28,400 bases of DNA from an uncultured virus (IMG/VR IMGVR_UViG_3300031370_000004) (taxonomy: Duplodnaviria > Heunggongvirae > Uroviricota > Caudoviricetes): positions 62,001-90,400 of IMG/VR virus record IMGVR_UViG_3300031370_000004. One strand, given 5' to 3'. This document shows, piece by piece, positions 9,138 to 17,736 of the stretch. Under the pieces are notes generated by a model. The model was not told the DNA's origin and did not search any database. It saw only the letters and a program-made list of their open reading frames with translations. Positions within the stretch are counted from its first letter, which is position 1. Every line of letters begins with the position of its first letter. The translations under genes were made by a program, and so were the position numbers.

Positions 9138-9905
9138 ATGCTGGATAAAAGTAACCAAATGGCGGCATACAGGGCGCTGGTGGCGGCTGGTGGCTTGCAG
9201 TTGCCCGCCTCCATCAGTCAGTCGCGTGCCGCTTCCGGTGCCAGCACCGATCTTGCCACAAAACTTCTGGCCACTATCCGCGCCACTGTCACTTACCCGT
9301 TATCCATTGCCGCAATGATTAGTGGAATTGCGACCGCCGGTAATAATTTTAATGCCTGGGCAGGCATGGCCTCTGGTCATGCGTCCCTGCTGGCGGATAA
9401 TACGGATCTCTCCACACTGATTGAGTTAAGCATTGGGTGGGACGTTGAACGTCGATCTCATGATTTGCCCTCCAGTGAAATACCGATCTCACTGGCCATC
9501 AGCGATACCCTTATCACCCAGGCGCTGCTGGATGCGCTGAATGCACTGGATATCGCCCCGGTGCAACAGGCCATGCTCAGTATCAATACCACACTCGATG
9601 TCCCTGCGGCGGCGCCAGACGCGCCACCAGTCGTCCCCCCTTCCCTGTCCCAGACGCAAATCAATGCCCTGAACACAGCCTGGTCCAATCTTGCCGCCGG
9701 TTTGTCTGCCAGCAGCGCGGCAGCAGCTGCGTTGCAAGCGCAAAGCACGACAGCAGCCAACAGCGTTACTACCGCAAAAACCGCGTACAAGAACGCCATT
9801 ACGACGGTGCTGGCCGGTGCCTGCGCCAACTACCCACAAACCGCCTCCGCCGTCTCGGCGCTGGTGCCTAAAAACGTGCTCGACCTGCTTAAAGAGGGAT
9901 CATGA
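9138..9905 (+). CDS. Ala-rich protein, P1 UpfB-like (probable virion/baseplate tip component)
   Basis: 255 aa between the PAAR and spanin genes, as in P1. Confidence 0.55.
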   Translation: MLDKSNQMAAYRALVAAGGLQLPASISQSRAASGASTDLATKLLATIRATVTYPLSIAAMISGIATAGNNFNAWAGMASGHASLLADNTDLSTLIELSIGWDVERRSHDLPSSEIPISLAISDTLITQALLDALNALDIAPVQQAMLSINTTLDVPAAAPDAPPVVPPSLSQTQINALNTAWSNLAAGLSASSAAAAALQAQSTTAANSVTTAKTAYKNAITTVLAGACANYPQTASAVSALVPKNVLDLLKEGS

Positions 9906-10375
9906 TGGGTTTTTTCTCCGCCATCACCGGCGCTTCTTCAGCGGCGCTCTCCGCCGTTAATCGCTCCACCAGCATCAAGGCCTACCTTCTGCTCTTTTTG
10001 CTCCTTGTGGGCCTCGCTGTGGGGCTATGGCTGTATGTCTCCGGCCTCCAGGAAACCGTTAAGGCCCAGAGGGATACGCTAAACGTCAGAGACGGAACCA
10101 TCCAGCAGAAAACTGCGGCGATCAATGCCCTGGCCGGTGACAGAGACAACGCGTTACAGCAGCGCGATGACGCACGCAACAAACTGGCCAGACTGTCCAA
10201 TGAAGGGGAAAAAAATGCTCAGAAACTGCTTATGGCAGAGCAAAAAGCCAAGACGTTTGAAGAGAAACTTAAAAAACTGCAGGGGGGTGATACTTGCGCT
10301 AACACTCGGCTGCCTGACGGCATTAACAGCATGCTCAATGAGGACGCCCGGCAATTCAACGATCAGTACCGTTGA
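9902..10375 (+). CDS. Inner-membrane spanin (Rz-like; P1 PpfA position)
   Basis: Single N-terminal TM segment (YLLLFLLLVGLAVGLWLYV), coiled-coil periplasmic region, CANTRLPD near the C-terminus. Confidence 0.8.
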   Translation: MMGFFSAITGASSAALSAVNRSTSIKAYLLLFLLLVGLAVGLWLYVSGLQETVKAQRDTLNVRDGTIQQKTAAINALAGDRDNALQQRDDARNKLARLSNEGEKNAQKLLMAEQKAKTFEEKLKKLQGGDTCANTRLPDGINSMLNEDARQFNDQYR

Positions 10376-10556
10376 GCTGAAAGCAGACAAAGTGAAGGAA
10401 AAGCCTCTCAAAGCAACGATGTGCCTGTTGCCGGAAAATCTTGATCGAACCGTCTGGGGCGATACGACCACGCTGGATCGCAGTGCAGTAAAACTCAGCC
10501 TGCAAGCCTGCAACGATTTCAACATGTCAGTAAATACCATCAACGGAGCAGAATAA
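10215..10556 (+). CDS. Outer-membrane lipoprotein spanin (Rz1-like; P1 Mlp position)
   Basis: Overlaps the 3' half of the Rz gene in the +1 frame. Basic N-region, hydrophobic stretch and LTAC lipobox, two further Cys. Exact start uncertain. Confidence 0.75.
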   Translation: MLRNCLWQSKKPRRLKRNLKNCRGVILALTLGCLTALTACSMRTPGNSTISTVELKADKVKEKPLKATMCLLPENLDRTVWGDTTTLDRSAVKLSLQACNDFNMSVNTINGAE

Positions 10557-10717
10557 TGCTGAATAAAGCCGGTAAGAAGATGCTGGAGCGCGCCCTGTGG
10601 GAACAGGAAGCCGCCAGCGCGGCCCCAGCGCCACGATTCATTAAAACTACCGTCGCTCTCTGGGTGTCGGCGGTGGTTAATGGGATGAGGGCACAGGCGG
10701 CGCGCCGGGCGCGATAA
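10556..10717 (+). CDS. Small 53-aa ORF (MLNKAGKKMLERALWEQ...AARRAR), absent from the ORF track
   Basis: TAATG coupling to the Rz1-like stop, GGAG upstream, ends just before the terminator. Confidence 0.55.
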   Translation: MLNKAGKKMLERALWEQEAASAAPAPRFIKTTVALWVSAVVNGMRAQAARRAR

Positions 10718-10738
10718 GCGACGAAACGTACAGCAAAG

Positions 10739-10763
10739 AAAAGCCCGCAAATGCGGGCTTTTT
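10739..10763. terminator. Bidirectional rho-independent terminator
   Basis: AAAAGCCCGCA-AA-TGCGGGCTTTTT between convergent genes. Confidence 0.85.
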
Positions 10764-10764
10764 A

Positions 10765-11127
10765 TCAGGCGTGATGCGCAGGTATAAGGCGAACACCCGC
10801 CGCTCGCGTCAGTTCGGTGAGCGTGGTCAGAGTCGGGTTGCCGTCTTTAGACAGCGCGCGATAAATATGCTGGCGCGCGATCCCGGACTTCTGGGATATT
10901 TCCGTCACCCCGCCGCGTGCCTCGATGACCTGGCGCAGCGCGATCAGGAATCCGCCAACGCCTCCGGGTTCGTAAATCTCCTCCAGCGCTGTCTGGAGGT
11001 AAACTTCCGCATACTCAGGATCTGCGCGTAACTCTTCAATCATGGCTTTGTCATGATCTACCGCTCGTTCGTTCTCGAACACAGCCGCCTCGAGGGCGGC
11101 CTCCTTATTAATTCTGCTGTTTGTCAT
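10765..11127 (-). CDS. Type II antitoxin, HTH/XRE (addiction module antidote, HigA/HI1420-like)
   Basis: FLIALRQVIEARGGVTEISQKSGIARQHIYRALSKDGNPTLTTL signature, downstream of the toxin. ATG 11127 (GTG 11133 alternative). Confidence 0.88.
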   Translation of the reverse strand: MTNSRINKEAALEAAVFENERAVDHDKAMIEELRADPEYAEVYLQTALEEIYEPGGVGGFLIALRQVIEARGGVTEISQKSGIARQHIYRALSKDGNPTLTTLTELTRAAGVRLIPAHHA

Positions 11128-11129
11128 AT

Positions 11130-11459
11130 TCACGGCCTCGATTTGTAGTCTTTGAGGTATTTAACTGCTTTGTTGAGATCTGCTTTCTGAGTGCTCTTAT
11201 CACCCCCGACCAGCAACAAGATTATTTCCCCGTCCTCCATCGAGTAATACACCCGGTAACCTGGTCCATAATCGATTCTTAACTCCCAGACTCCTTCCCT
11301 TTCGTACCTGTGATCCCCAAAGTTTCCGCCTGTTGCTCTGGCTATCCTGGCGTCTACCTTTGCCGCTGCTGTGCGATCCTTTTTCTTTAAATCCGCTATC
11401 CAGTCGCTATACGGAACCTTTCCGCTTTTATTCTTGTACCGCTTCGTGGTGTAAGCCAT
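11130..11459 (-). CDS. Type II toxin, RelE/HigB family (addiction module killer, HI1419-like)
   Basis: GNFGDH...GVWELRIDYGPGYRVYY...IILLLVGGDKSTQKAD signature, GGAG RBS. Confidence 0.9.
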   Translation of the reverse strand: MAYTTKRYKNKSGKVPYSDWIADLKKKDRTAAAKVDARIARATGGNFGDHRYEREGVWELRIDYGPGYRVYYSMEDGEIILLLVGGDKSTQKADLNKAVKYLKDYKSRP

Positions 11460-11488
11460 CACTGCTCCATTCCCTTCAACGTGAAAAC

Positions 11489-11542
11489 ATTGTCACATAT
11501 AAATGACAGGGAGGCAAGAGGTTTTGTCTCTTATATGTGACA
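11489..11542 (-). promoter_or_regulatory. TA promoter with two 18-bp operator-like palindromes
   Basis: Minus-strand TTGCCT(11517-11512)-N17-GACAAT(11494-11489). TGTCACATATAAATGACA (11491-11508) and TGTCTCTTATATGTGACA (11525-11542) are mutually inverted, 16/18 identical. Confidence 0.75.
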
Positions 11543-11546
11543 GATG

Positions 11547-11867
11547 TCAAACCGTAGGGCCGTCTTCTTCGAGCACGCGATTGATCACGAATGTCAGCAC
11601 TCCGTGAACTACCACCTCATCCAGCGCCTCACCAGTTATAGCCTGGTCATCAGCCGTGATTAAGGTCTTCCCTTTCACCCTGGCGAAACAGCTGCGCCCC
11701 TCAAAAGTGAGCAGCACGGTAGCGCCCTGCCAGGGTGTTAATGAGCGGTCGATAACGGCGAAGCCTGTGGACGTACTCACCACCGTGCAATTCTCGTCGA
11801 TCCGGCAATAGTCATCGACAGTCAGGCGGCGCTCAACGAAATCCCCCGCTGGGGATGGAAACCCCAT
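11547..11867 (-). CDS. HumD/UmuD'-like protein (degenerate S24 family)
   Basis: Starts MGFPSPAGDFVERRL and ends VVHGVLTFVI. TGATG coupling to the upstream ORF. No visible G-x-S-M catalytic motif. Confidence 0.75.
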   Translation of the reverse strand: MGFPSPAGDFVERRLTVDDYCRIDENCTVVSTSTGFAVIDRSLTPWQGATVLLTFEGRSCFARVKGKTLITADDQAITGEALDEVVVHGVLTFVINRVLEEDGPTV

Positions 11868-12106
11868 CAGTGCACCCGGCCCATATTGCGCAGCATCCAC
11901 AGCCTGTTTTCGCCGAAGTCAGGGGTCTTATCGACGAAATCGGGTTGGTTTCGCTCGATCCATTCGTTCGCATCTGCGGCGCTGAAATGATGATGACGTT
12001 CGCGCAGCTTGTCGATGAAATCGTCCGTACGCAAACAGAGGTATCCTTTCGGGTTACGCCTCACTGAGGCTGCGAAAGCTGCATTGATTTCATATTTTCT
12101 TGCCAT
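11867..12106 (-). CDS. Small SOS-regulated protein (79 aa) of a type found upstream of prophage umuD-like genes
   Basis: Likely start MARKYEI at 12106 with GGAGGGG RBS. ANEWIE...F.D.T....ENR pattern. LexA box directly upstream. Confidence 0.7.
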   Translation of the reverse strand: MARKYEINAAFAASVRRNPKGYLCLRTDDFIDKLRERHHHFSAADANEWIERNQPDFVDKTPDFGENRLWMLRNMGRVH

Positions 12107-12123
12107 ATCCCCTCCATTAAACA

Positions 12124-12139
12124 CTGTATATACATACAG
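12124..12139. promoter_or_regulatory. LexA (SOS) box
   Basis: CTGTATATACATACAG is a near-consensus CTG-N10-CAG. It overlaps the -10 of a minus-strand TTGCCG-N18-TAAGCT promoter (12167-12138). Confidence 0.9.
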
Positions 12140-12214
12140 CTTAAACCCTTTCCAGCCGCATCGGCAAAAGAAAAACATGCAATAAACACCACACATTCAA
12201 AGCGAGAGCAACTA

Positions 12215-12228
12215 ACACTAAATTATTT
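12215..12228 (+). promoter_or_regulatory. Conserved motif, copy 3 (ACACTAAATTATTT)
   Basis: Begins 90 bp upstream of the major capsid start and is followed by TTGACT. Confidence 0.65.
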
Positions 12229-12304
12229 TTGTTGACTCTGAAGTACATCTCTTATTCTTCGGTGCGAAAGGGTTCCGTTTACATCTTTTTAAAGGACAGT
12301 TTGA

Positions 12305-14026
12305 ATGACTGATACGAGTGAATATAAACAACGCGTTGCGGATATTACCCGACGCTCAAATAGCGTCATGTCGTTCGCTGCGGCTGCGCAGTTCGACGAA
12401 CATGGCCTGATTAAAGACAGCAACGCGCGCGTCCAGAAAATGATGGAAGCGGCCCGTAAAGATGAGACGTTTGCCGACGTTCCTGACGCTGTGCTGTCTC
12501 AAATCTGTTCTGCCTGGGGCGAAAGTATTGCGGATTATTCCCGCACCTTTGGCCGTGCTCCTCGCGCCGAAGTGCTGGCCAACGCCCACCAGCTGCTGGA
12601 AAACGTTCTGGTTCAGACGGTCGGCAATGGTAAGCCGCGCATGGGCGGTATTGAGAAAAGCATGCTGGAAAGTGTCGGCATGAGCAGCGATGCAATGAGC
12701 AGCCAGGACGGCATCATGCATCAGGCCATTTTCATGGCTATGATCCTGCCGACGTCGCTGGGCGCGGCTACGTCCGATGCCTGTACCTTTATCCCGGTAC
12801 CGCGCGATCAATCCAAAATCTACGAAATCATCAACGTTGCAGGCACCACGTTTGGCGACTACACCACGGGCGACAAGCTGGATATGCAATCGGTCGGGGA
12901 ATACGCGCAGTTCCGCCGCCGCTACATTGTCGAAGCATCCGCTGACGGCAATACCAAAACCTTCGCGTTCGCCGTGAAAAATCACGAAGGTCAGGACGTA
13001 CCGATCCGTAAAGGCCGTTCAAACATCTACATCTCCCGCCGCAAATCGCCGCAGGACAATGGTGAAGGCACGCTGCTGCACACCTTCGTTAACAAATCTG
13101 GTGCCACGGTCACGGCGACCTGTACCGTCAACTACAACACCGGCGCACTTCAGCTGAACTTCAGCGAAAACCTCGATGCTGGCACCGAGCTGGCCGTAGA
13201 AGTAGAGCTGAACGTCGAAGCAAAACCGGACATTATCCCGATCATCAATCAGGAAATGAAAGAGTACACCCTGTTCCCGTCACAGTACGCCATCGCCGCT
13301 GAGCATTCCGTTCAGGCTGCGTATGACGCACAGCGTGAGTTCGGGATCGACCTGGGCCAGCTGCAGTTCAGCACGCTGAAAAATTACCTCTCCCACGAGC
13401 AGGACATGCTGCGTCTGCGCATTATGTCCTGGCGCTGCATCCACACCGATCAGTTCGACATTGCCCTGCCGGAAGATATGTCGTTTGACGTGTGGGGCAC
13501 CATTTTCAAAGGCAAGATGCTCCAGGTGATGCGCGATATTACCGAGCGCACCAAATCCACCAGCACCTTCGGTATCTATGCCGGTTCCGATGCTGCCAAC
13601 TTCCTGAAGCAGCTCCCGCCGGGCATGTTCTCGCTGGTGGCCAACTACTCTCAGGCGCCATATGTGCACTTCGTTGGTACGCTGTTTGGCAACATCAAAG
13701 TGTTTGAGATCCCGGCAGGGGTTTGCGCGGCACTGAACAAAGTGGGATCCAGCTTCGACCCGTACGACATGCTGTGTTATGGCCGTGATGAAAATCCGGG
13801 CAAAGCCGGTTTTGTTTCCGGTGATGCTGTGCCTGCTGTGCCGTTCGTGCACCCAACCACCCCTGGCCTGAAAAACCGCAACACTCTGTGGGGATCTGCC
13901 ATCAACGATATGCATCCGCGTAACGGGGAAGATTATTTTACCCGCCTGAAACTCACCGTATCCAAAGAAGGCGGTATCGACTTCAAGAGCGGTAAGCGCA
14001 TCCAGGCAGAGCAACCTTCCAGCTAA
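12305..14026 (+). CDS. Major capsid protein precursor (P1 gp23-like)
   Basis: 573 aa, AAGGA RBS. MILPTSLGAATSDACTFIP and GFVSGDAVPAVPFVHPTTP match the recalled P1 gp23 pattern. Followed by a terminator and the sheath gene. Confidence 0.85.
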   Translation: MTDTSEYKQRVADITRRSNSVMSFAAAAQFDEHGLIKDSNARVQKMMEAARKDETFADVPDAVLSQICSAWGESIADYSRTFGRAPRAEVLANAHQLLENVLVQTVGNGKPRMGGIEKSMLESVGMSSDAMSSQDGIMHQAIFMAMILPTSLGAATSDACTFIPVPRDQSKIYEIINVAGTTFGDYTTGDKLDMQSVGEYAQFRRRYIVEASADGNTKTFAFAVKNHEGQDVPIRKGRSNIYISRRKSPQDNGEGTLLHTFVNKSGATVTATCTVNYNTGALQLNFSENLDAGTELAVEVELNVEAKPDIIPIINQEMKEYTLFPSQYAIAAEHSVQAAYDAQREFGIDLGQLQFSTLKNYLSHEQDMLRLRIMSWRCIHTDQFDIALPEDMSFDVWGTIFKGKMLQVMRDITERTKSTSTFGIYAGSDAANFLKQLPPGMFSLVANYSQAPYVHFVGTLFGNIKVFEIPAGVCAALNKVGSSFDPYDMLCYGRDENPGKAGFVSGDAVPAVPFVHPTTPGLKNRNTLWGSAINDMHPRNGEDYFTRLKLTVSKEGGIDFKSGKRIQAEQPSS

Positions 14027-14042
14027 TTTCGTCTCACCAGTT

Positions 14043-14064
14043 AAGCGCCCTGCGGGGCGCTTTT
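14043..14064 (+). terminator. Rho-independent terminator after the capsid gene
   Basis: AAGCGCCC-TGCG-GGGCGCTTTT. Confidence 0.75.
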
Positions 14065-14075
14065 GAGGATAAATA

Positions 14076-15686
14076 ATGTCTGAATACAGTATCCCTTTCG
14101 GGCTGTCGAATGTGTCTGACATCGCCATTTCGGATATCAGTGCTGATAAAACGCTGACGATCGGCGGCACAATGGCGCAGTCTCGCTGGGCTGGCGTAGG
14201 CGTGTTCGCGCGCGGAAAGCCCTTTAAACCCCTGAATGTTAATCAGTCCAACTACCAGGCTCTCCTGGGCGCTCCGATTAAGCCGACCGCGGGCAGTTCG
14301 TTCGAACCGTACCGCCACATGGAAGAAGCCGTTCAGGAAACCGACGGCACCGTAGTTCGTGTTGTGGCTGCTGATGCAAAATACCCGGTGATTGCTTTCT
14401 CGGATGGCACTGGTGCGCCCGGCGGCGCGGTCGCAGTCGATTATTCAGCAAACCTGTATGGTGTTGCCCCGGAACTGGCCTCCAGTGAGTTCTTGCAGAT
14501 CTACATCGATGACGGTGATCCATGTGACACTATCACCCGTCAGATCTCCTTCACTAAATTGCCTTCCCTCTCTGACAACCTGGAGCGCTGGAAGCTGACC
14601 CTGGAGCAAACCACTGCGGCGGGCCTTACTTCGGTGCTGGAAACTCATACCATTTCGTTTGCGCCAGAGGGCGTTGATGACATGGGCCAGAGTTGCTTTA
14701 TTGATACTGCGCTGGAATCCCGTTCGAACTACCTGCGCTCGGTATGTGATCCAGAAGTTGCCAGCAAGGTGCGATTCGCTGAAATCAAAGGGCTGGCATT
14801 CAAGGGTGGCACGAACGGCAGCCAGAACAAGATCAGCGACGAACAGTACCTGAAAGCTGTGGCCGTGCTGAACAACGCGAACGTGAACTATACCGCCGTG
14901 CTGGGGCTGGGTTGCTACAGCAAACCGGCTATTGAACAACTGGCCGAAATCGCGCGTGATCGTCGTATCGACGGATTCTTTGACCTCAAGCCGACGCTGA
15001 CGTATGCCGAAGCGCTGAAAGAAGCCACCGACTCCCCACTGCTGGGCACCCGCTATACCTCAGTGTGCCACTACCACTTCCCTTTCTCCCACAAAGATAA
15101 GTGGACCGGCAGCCGTGTCGCTGTAGGCCTTTCTGGCGTGGCATATGCAGCGAAAGCAAAAGGGATCGCGAAGGTATCCGACGTCGGCGGCTGGCACTAT
15201 TCACCAGCAGGCGAAGAGCGCGCCATCATCAACCGCGCAGCTGTAGACCAGATTGAAAACAGCGGCACGCCTGATTATGACGCCATGTATACCGCGCGTA
15301 TCAACAAAGTGGCAGTGGGCAGCAGCGGCAAAATGATCATCGATGATGCGCTGACAACCTACTCTGGCGAAAACTACCTGCGCTTCCAGCACGTTTCCTC
15401 TGTCATGAACGCTATCAGCCGCTATTACTTCCAGCTGAGTAAGCAGCTGAAGCATCAGCCTGACGGTTTGACTGATTCGGCCCTGACTAAAGGGACGATC
15501 AAGATTATGGATCGCTTCGTAGCCTCCGGCGCGCTCGTTCGTCCACGCAACCCTGATATGGATGGCACCAAACCGTACGTGGTTAAGGTGAGCCAGGTCG
15601 AGATTGACCTCTGGAAAACCGAGTGGGCCTGCTGCGTAACCGGTTCTGCACGCCGCATCGCTGGCGAACCATCACTCATCAAGTAA
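14076..15686 (+). CDS. Contractile tail sheath protein (P1 gp22-like)
   Basis: 536 aa. VGVFARGKPF N-terminus, FKGGTNG, WHYSPAGEERAII, RIN..DDALT..YLRFQHV sheath-like motifs. Confidence 0.85.
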   Translation: MSEYSIPFGLSNVSDIAISDISADKTLTIGGTMAQSRWAGVGVFARGKPFKPLNVNQSNYQALLGAPIKPTAGSSFEPYRHMEEAVQETDGTVVRVVAADAKYPVIAFSDGTGAPGGAVAVDYSANLYGVAPELASSEFLQIYIDDGDPCDTITRQISFTKLPSLSDNLERWKLTLEQTTAAGLTSVLETHTISFAPEGVDDMGQSCFIDTALESRSNYLRSVCDPEVASKVRFAEIKGLAFKGGTNGSQNKISDEQYLKAVAVLNNANVNYTAVLGLGCYSKPAIEQLAEIARDRRIDGFFDLKPTLTYAEALKEATDSPLLGTRYTSVCHYHFPFSHKDKWTGSRVAVGLSGVAYAAKAKGIAKVSDVGGWHYSPAGEERAIINRAAVDQIENSGTPDYDAMYTARINKVAVGSSGKMIIDDALTTYSGENYLRFQHVSSVMNAISRYYFQLSKQLKHQPDGLTDSALTKGTIKIMDRFVASGALVRPRNPDMDGTKPYVVKVSQVEIDLWKTEWACCVTGSARRIAGEPSLIK

Positions 15687-15698
15687 CGGAGCATCGAG

Positions 15699-16436
15699 AT
15701 GGATAAAGATAATTTCACCGCGCGTATGTTCAGCGGCTCTGGCCTTGCTGAGTTCGCGATGGGCAAAACGCCTATGTTCGAATCGGCTGGCAGCAAACCA
15801 GCCGACTCGGCTAAGCCGCCAGTGGTTGAGAAAGCACCGCCGGTAACTATGACGATCGATTTGGCCCACAAGATGCTGCTGGAGGCCGCCACCCAGCGCA
15901 CGACTTCCGCAAATCTCGAAGAAGCCGCTGAAGCCGTGATCGAATGGGCACAAGGTGACGACAAAACCGTGGATGGTCTGGACGGTTTCGCGCTGGCTAT
16001 TGCGGGCATCGATGAAAGCACGACTGAGGAAGATATCACCGATGCACAGGCAGATGACTACAACGCTGCCTGGGCTTATTTCGCTGATTTCCTCGTTGCC
16101 GCCGGTATGGACGACGCCGACGTAACCAGCCTGTGCGATGACGGCGACGACGAGGCGGCAAAAGCCGTTGCGGACGAGCTGGCGGCTATGCCGGACGACG
16201 AGCTGGACGAGCTGGTCTTCACCTTCTCGGAAAGCGGTGACACGTCGATGACCGAGGCCGTGGTGAAGGTTGTACGACAGGGTAAAGTCGTCCTCAAGCG
16301 CAAGCGTATTCGCCCTCGTCGTCTCAACTCTGCCCAGCGTGCGGCGCTGAAAAAAGCCCGCCGTAAGGCAAACACTGCTGGCGCAAAAATCGCCCGTCGC
16401 AAGTCGATGAAACTGCGCGCAAAACGCATCGGTTAG
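15699..16436 (+). CDS. P1 gp21-like protein; acidic body with highly basic C-terminus (possible prohead core protein)
   Basis: 245 aa, D/E-rich middle, K/R-rich last ~50 aa, synteny. Confidence 0.65.
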   Translation: MDKDNFTARMFSGSGLAEFAMGKTPMFESAGSKPADSAKPPVVEKAPPVTMTIDLAHKMLLEAATQRTTSANLEEAAEAVIEWAQGDDKTVDGLDGFALAIAGIDESTTEEDITDAQADDYNAAWAYFADFLVAAGMDDADVTSLCDDGDDEAAKAVADELAAMPDDELDELVFTFSESGDTSMTEAVVKVVRQGKVVLKRKRIRPRRLNSAQRAALKKARRKANTAGAKIARRKSMKLRAKRIG

Positions 16437-16487
16437 TGAGTGAAAAGGCCACCAGCCGCGTGCTGGTGGTCATGCCGGAGGAAGGGC

Positions 16488-17069
16488 GTGGAATATTACG
16501 GGGCAATCTATGACGGTGACAACGTAAGCCAGTACCTGAAAGCACAGCTTACGACAGAGGATTACGCCGTCACTGGCTACATCTCCCAGGGTGCGGCGAT
16601 GAATATCACCTCTAACTGGGAAACGCCTCTTTCGATGGACAATATTGGCTCACTGGCCGGGCTGTCCGCGACCGCTAATCTCGGCCAGGTCGCCACGAAT
16701 GAGACATCGATTATGCGATGGAACAGCCTGCAGGTGTGGGAAGGTGGAACAGCACCAACGTTTACCCTCCCCCTCAGTTTTTACGCCTGGGTTGATGCGG
16801 CGGTGGAAGTTCAGGGGGCCATTATGGCATTGCAGGCCATGATCAGCCCGGAACTGAATGACACCTCCCCGCGTGGCCGTCGCCCGTATGCCTGCGTGCT
16901 CGATTTGGGGCGGCGCATCAAGATTACTGACGTCATTATACAAAGCGTCGATGTAGAGCTGGATGCACCGCGCACCAGGGAGGGCTACTTCCTTCGCAAC
17001 ACGGTATCCCTTCAGCTCTCCGGGATGTCTGCGCTTAACCGCTCTGACGTACCGAATATCTATCTCTAA
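16488..17069 (+). CDS. PmgG-like tail tube initiator/baseplate protein
   Basis: Likely GTG start at 16488 after GGAGG and a hairpin at 16447-16471. Tube-fold-like pattern, synteny. Confidence 0.65.
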   Translation: MEYYGAIYDGDNVSQYLKAQLTTEDYAVTGYISQGAAMNITSNWETPLSMDNIGSLAGLSATANLGQVATNETSIMRWNSLQVWEGGTAPTFTLPLSFYAWVDAAVEVQGAIMALQAMISPELNDTSPRGRRPYACVLDLGRRIKITDVIIQSVDVELDAPRTREGYFLRNTVSLQLSGMSALNRSDVPNIYL

Positions 17070-17078
17070 GAGGTCAAA

Positions 17079-17597
17079 ATGCCAGGACATCAGAATACAA
17101 TTGGCCGCAAAGGCTATCTGAAAAAGAAATACGAATCGAACAAGGCCGCAGGCGAGAAGCTTGGCGGTACCGAGTTCTCCATGAACTTCCCGGAATATCC
17201 GAATATAAGCGTCCTGGTGCGCACCACGCAGATCCCAATGATGCAGCGTGAAGACGTCGAAGATTATGGGCCGAACGGCATGAAGTTCTCTCAGTACGGG
17301 CCACTTACCAACTCCGGCGAGATCCAGGTGCAATGCGTGGAAACCATCACCGGCGATGTCTGCAAAATGATTGTGGACGTCGTGGCCAACAAAAAATACC
17401 AGGACATTACTTTGCAGGCTGCGGCGGAATCGCTTTCCGGTGAAGCGGTATCGGCGCATAAATTCGAGATGCTGGATTGTAAGATCGCCTGCGATCAGAT
17501 CGACCTTTCCACTGAGGATGTGACCGTGCTGGTGCGCCCTTCCCTGCGCATCACGTATAACTGGGTGGATAACGAGGCTGATAACTTAGCCCTGTAA
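17079..17597 (+). CDS. Tail tube protein (P1 BplB-like)
   Basis: 172 aa, GAGGT RBS, QIPMMQREDVEDYGPNGMKF...ITYNW, strong terminator downstream. Confidence 0.75.
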   Translation: MPGHQNTIGRKGYLKKKYESNKAAGEKLGGTEFSMNFPEYPNISVLVRTTQIPMMQREDVEDYGPNGMKFSQYGPLTNSGEIQVQCVETITGDVCKMIVDVVANKKYQDITLQAAAESLSGEAVSAHKFEMLDCKIACDQIDLSTEDVTVLVRPSLRITYNWVDNEADNLAL

Positions 17598-17619
17598 CAC
17601 CGGCCAGCATCCAGACCAC

Positions 17620-17647
17620 AAAACCGCCCTTCCGGGCGGTTTTTTTT
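17620..17647 (+). terminator. Rho-independent terminator
   Basis: AAAACCGCCC-TTCC-GGGCGGTTTTTTTT. Confidence 0.9.
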
Positions 17648-17667
17648 CAGCTGCATCATCGCCGTTA

Positions 17668-17681
17668 ACACTAAATATTTA
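17668..17681 (+). promoter_or_regulatory. Conserved motif, copy 4 (ACACTAAATATTTA)
   Basis: Just after the terminator, 69 bp before the next start. Confidence 0.7.
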
Positions 17682-17736
17682 TTTATGTGCGTTACAACTT
17701 TTAGCATGGGAGGATCTATATGGCCGGAGGAAAATC

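Noticed and set aside
12107..12196. Longer start for the 11867 ORF
   Set aside because: It would run through the LexA box and promoter. A strong RBS supports 12106.
755..14560. Near-motif TCACTAAAT at about 755 and 14552
   Set aside because: Both are inside coding sequence, mismatch the first base and lack the AT-rich tail.
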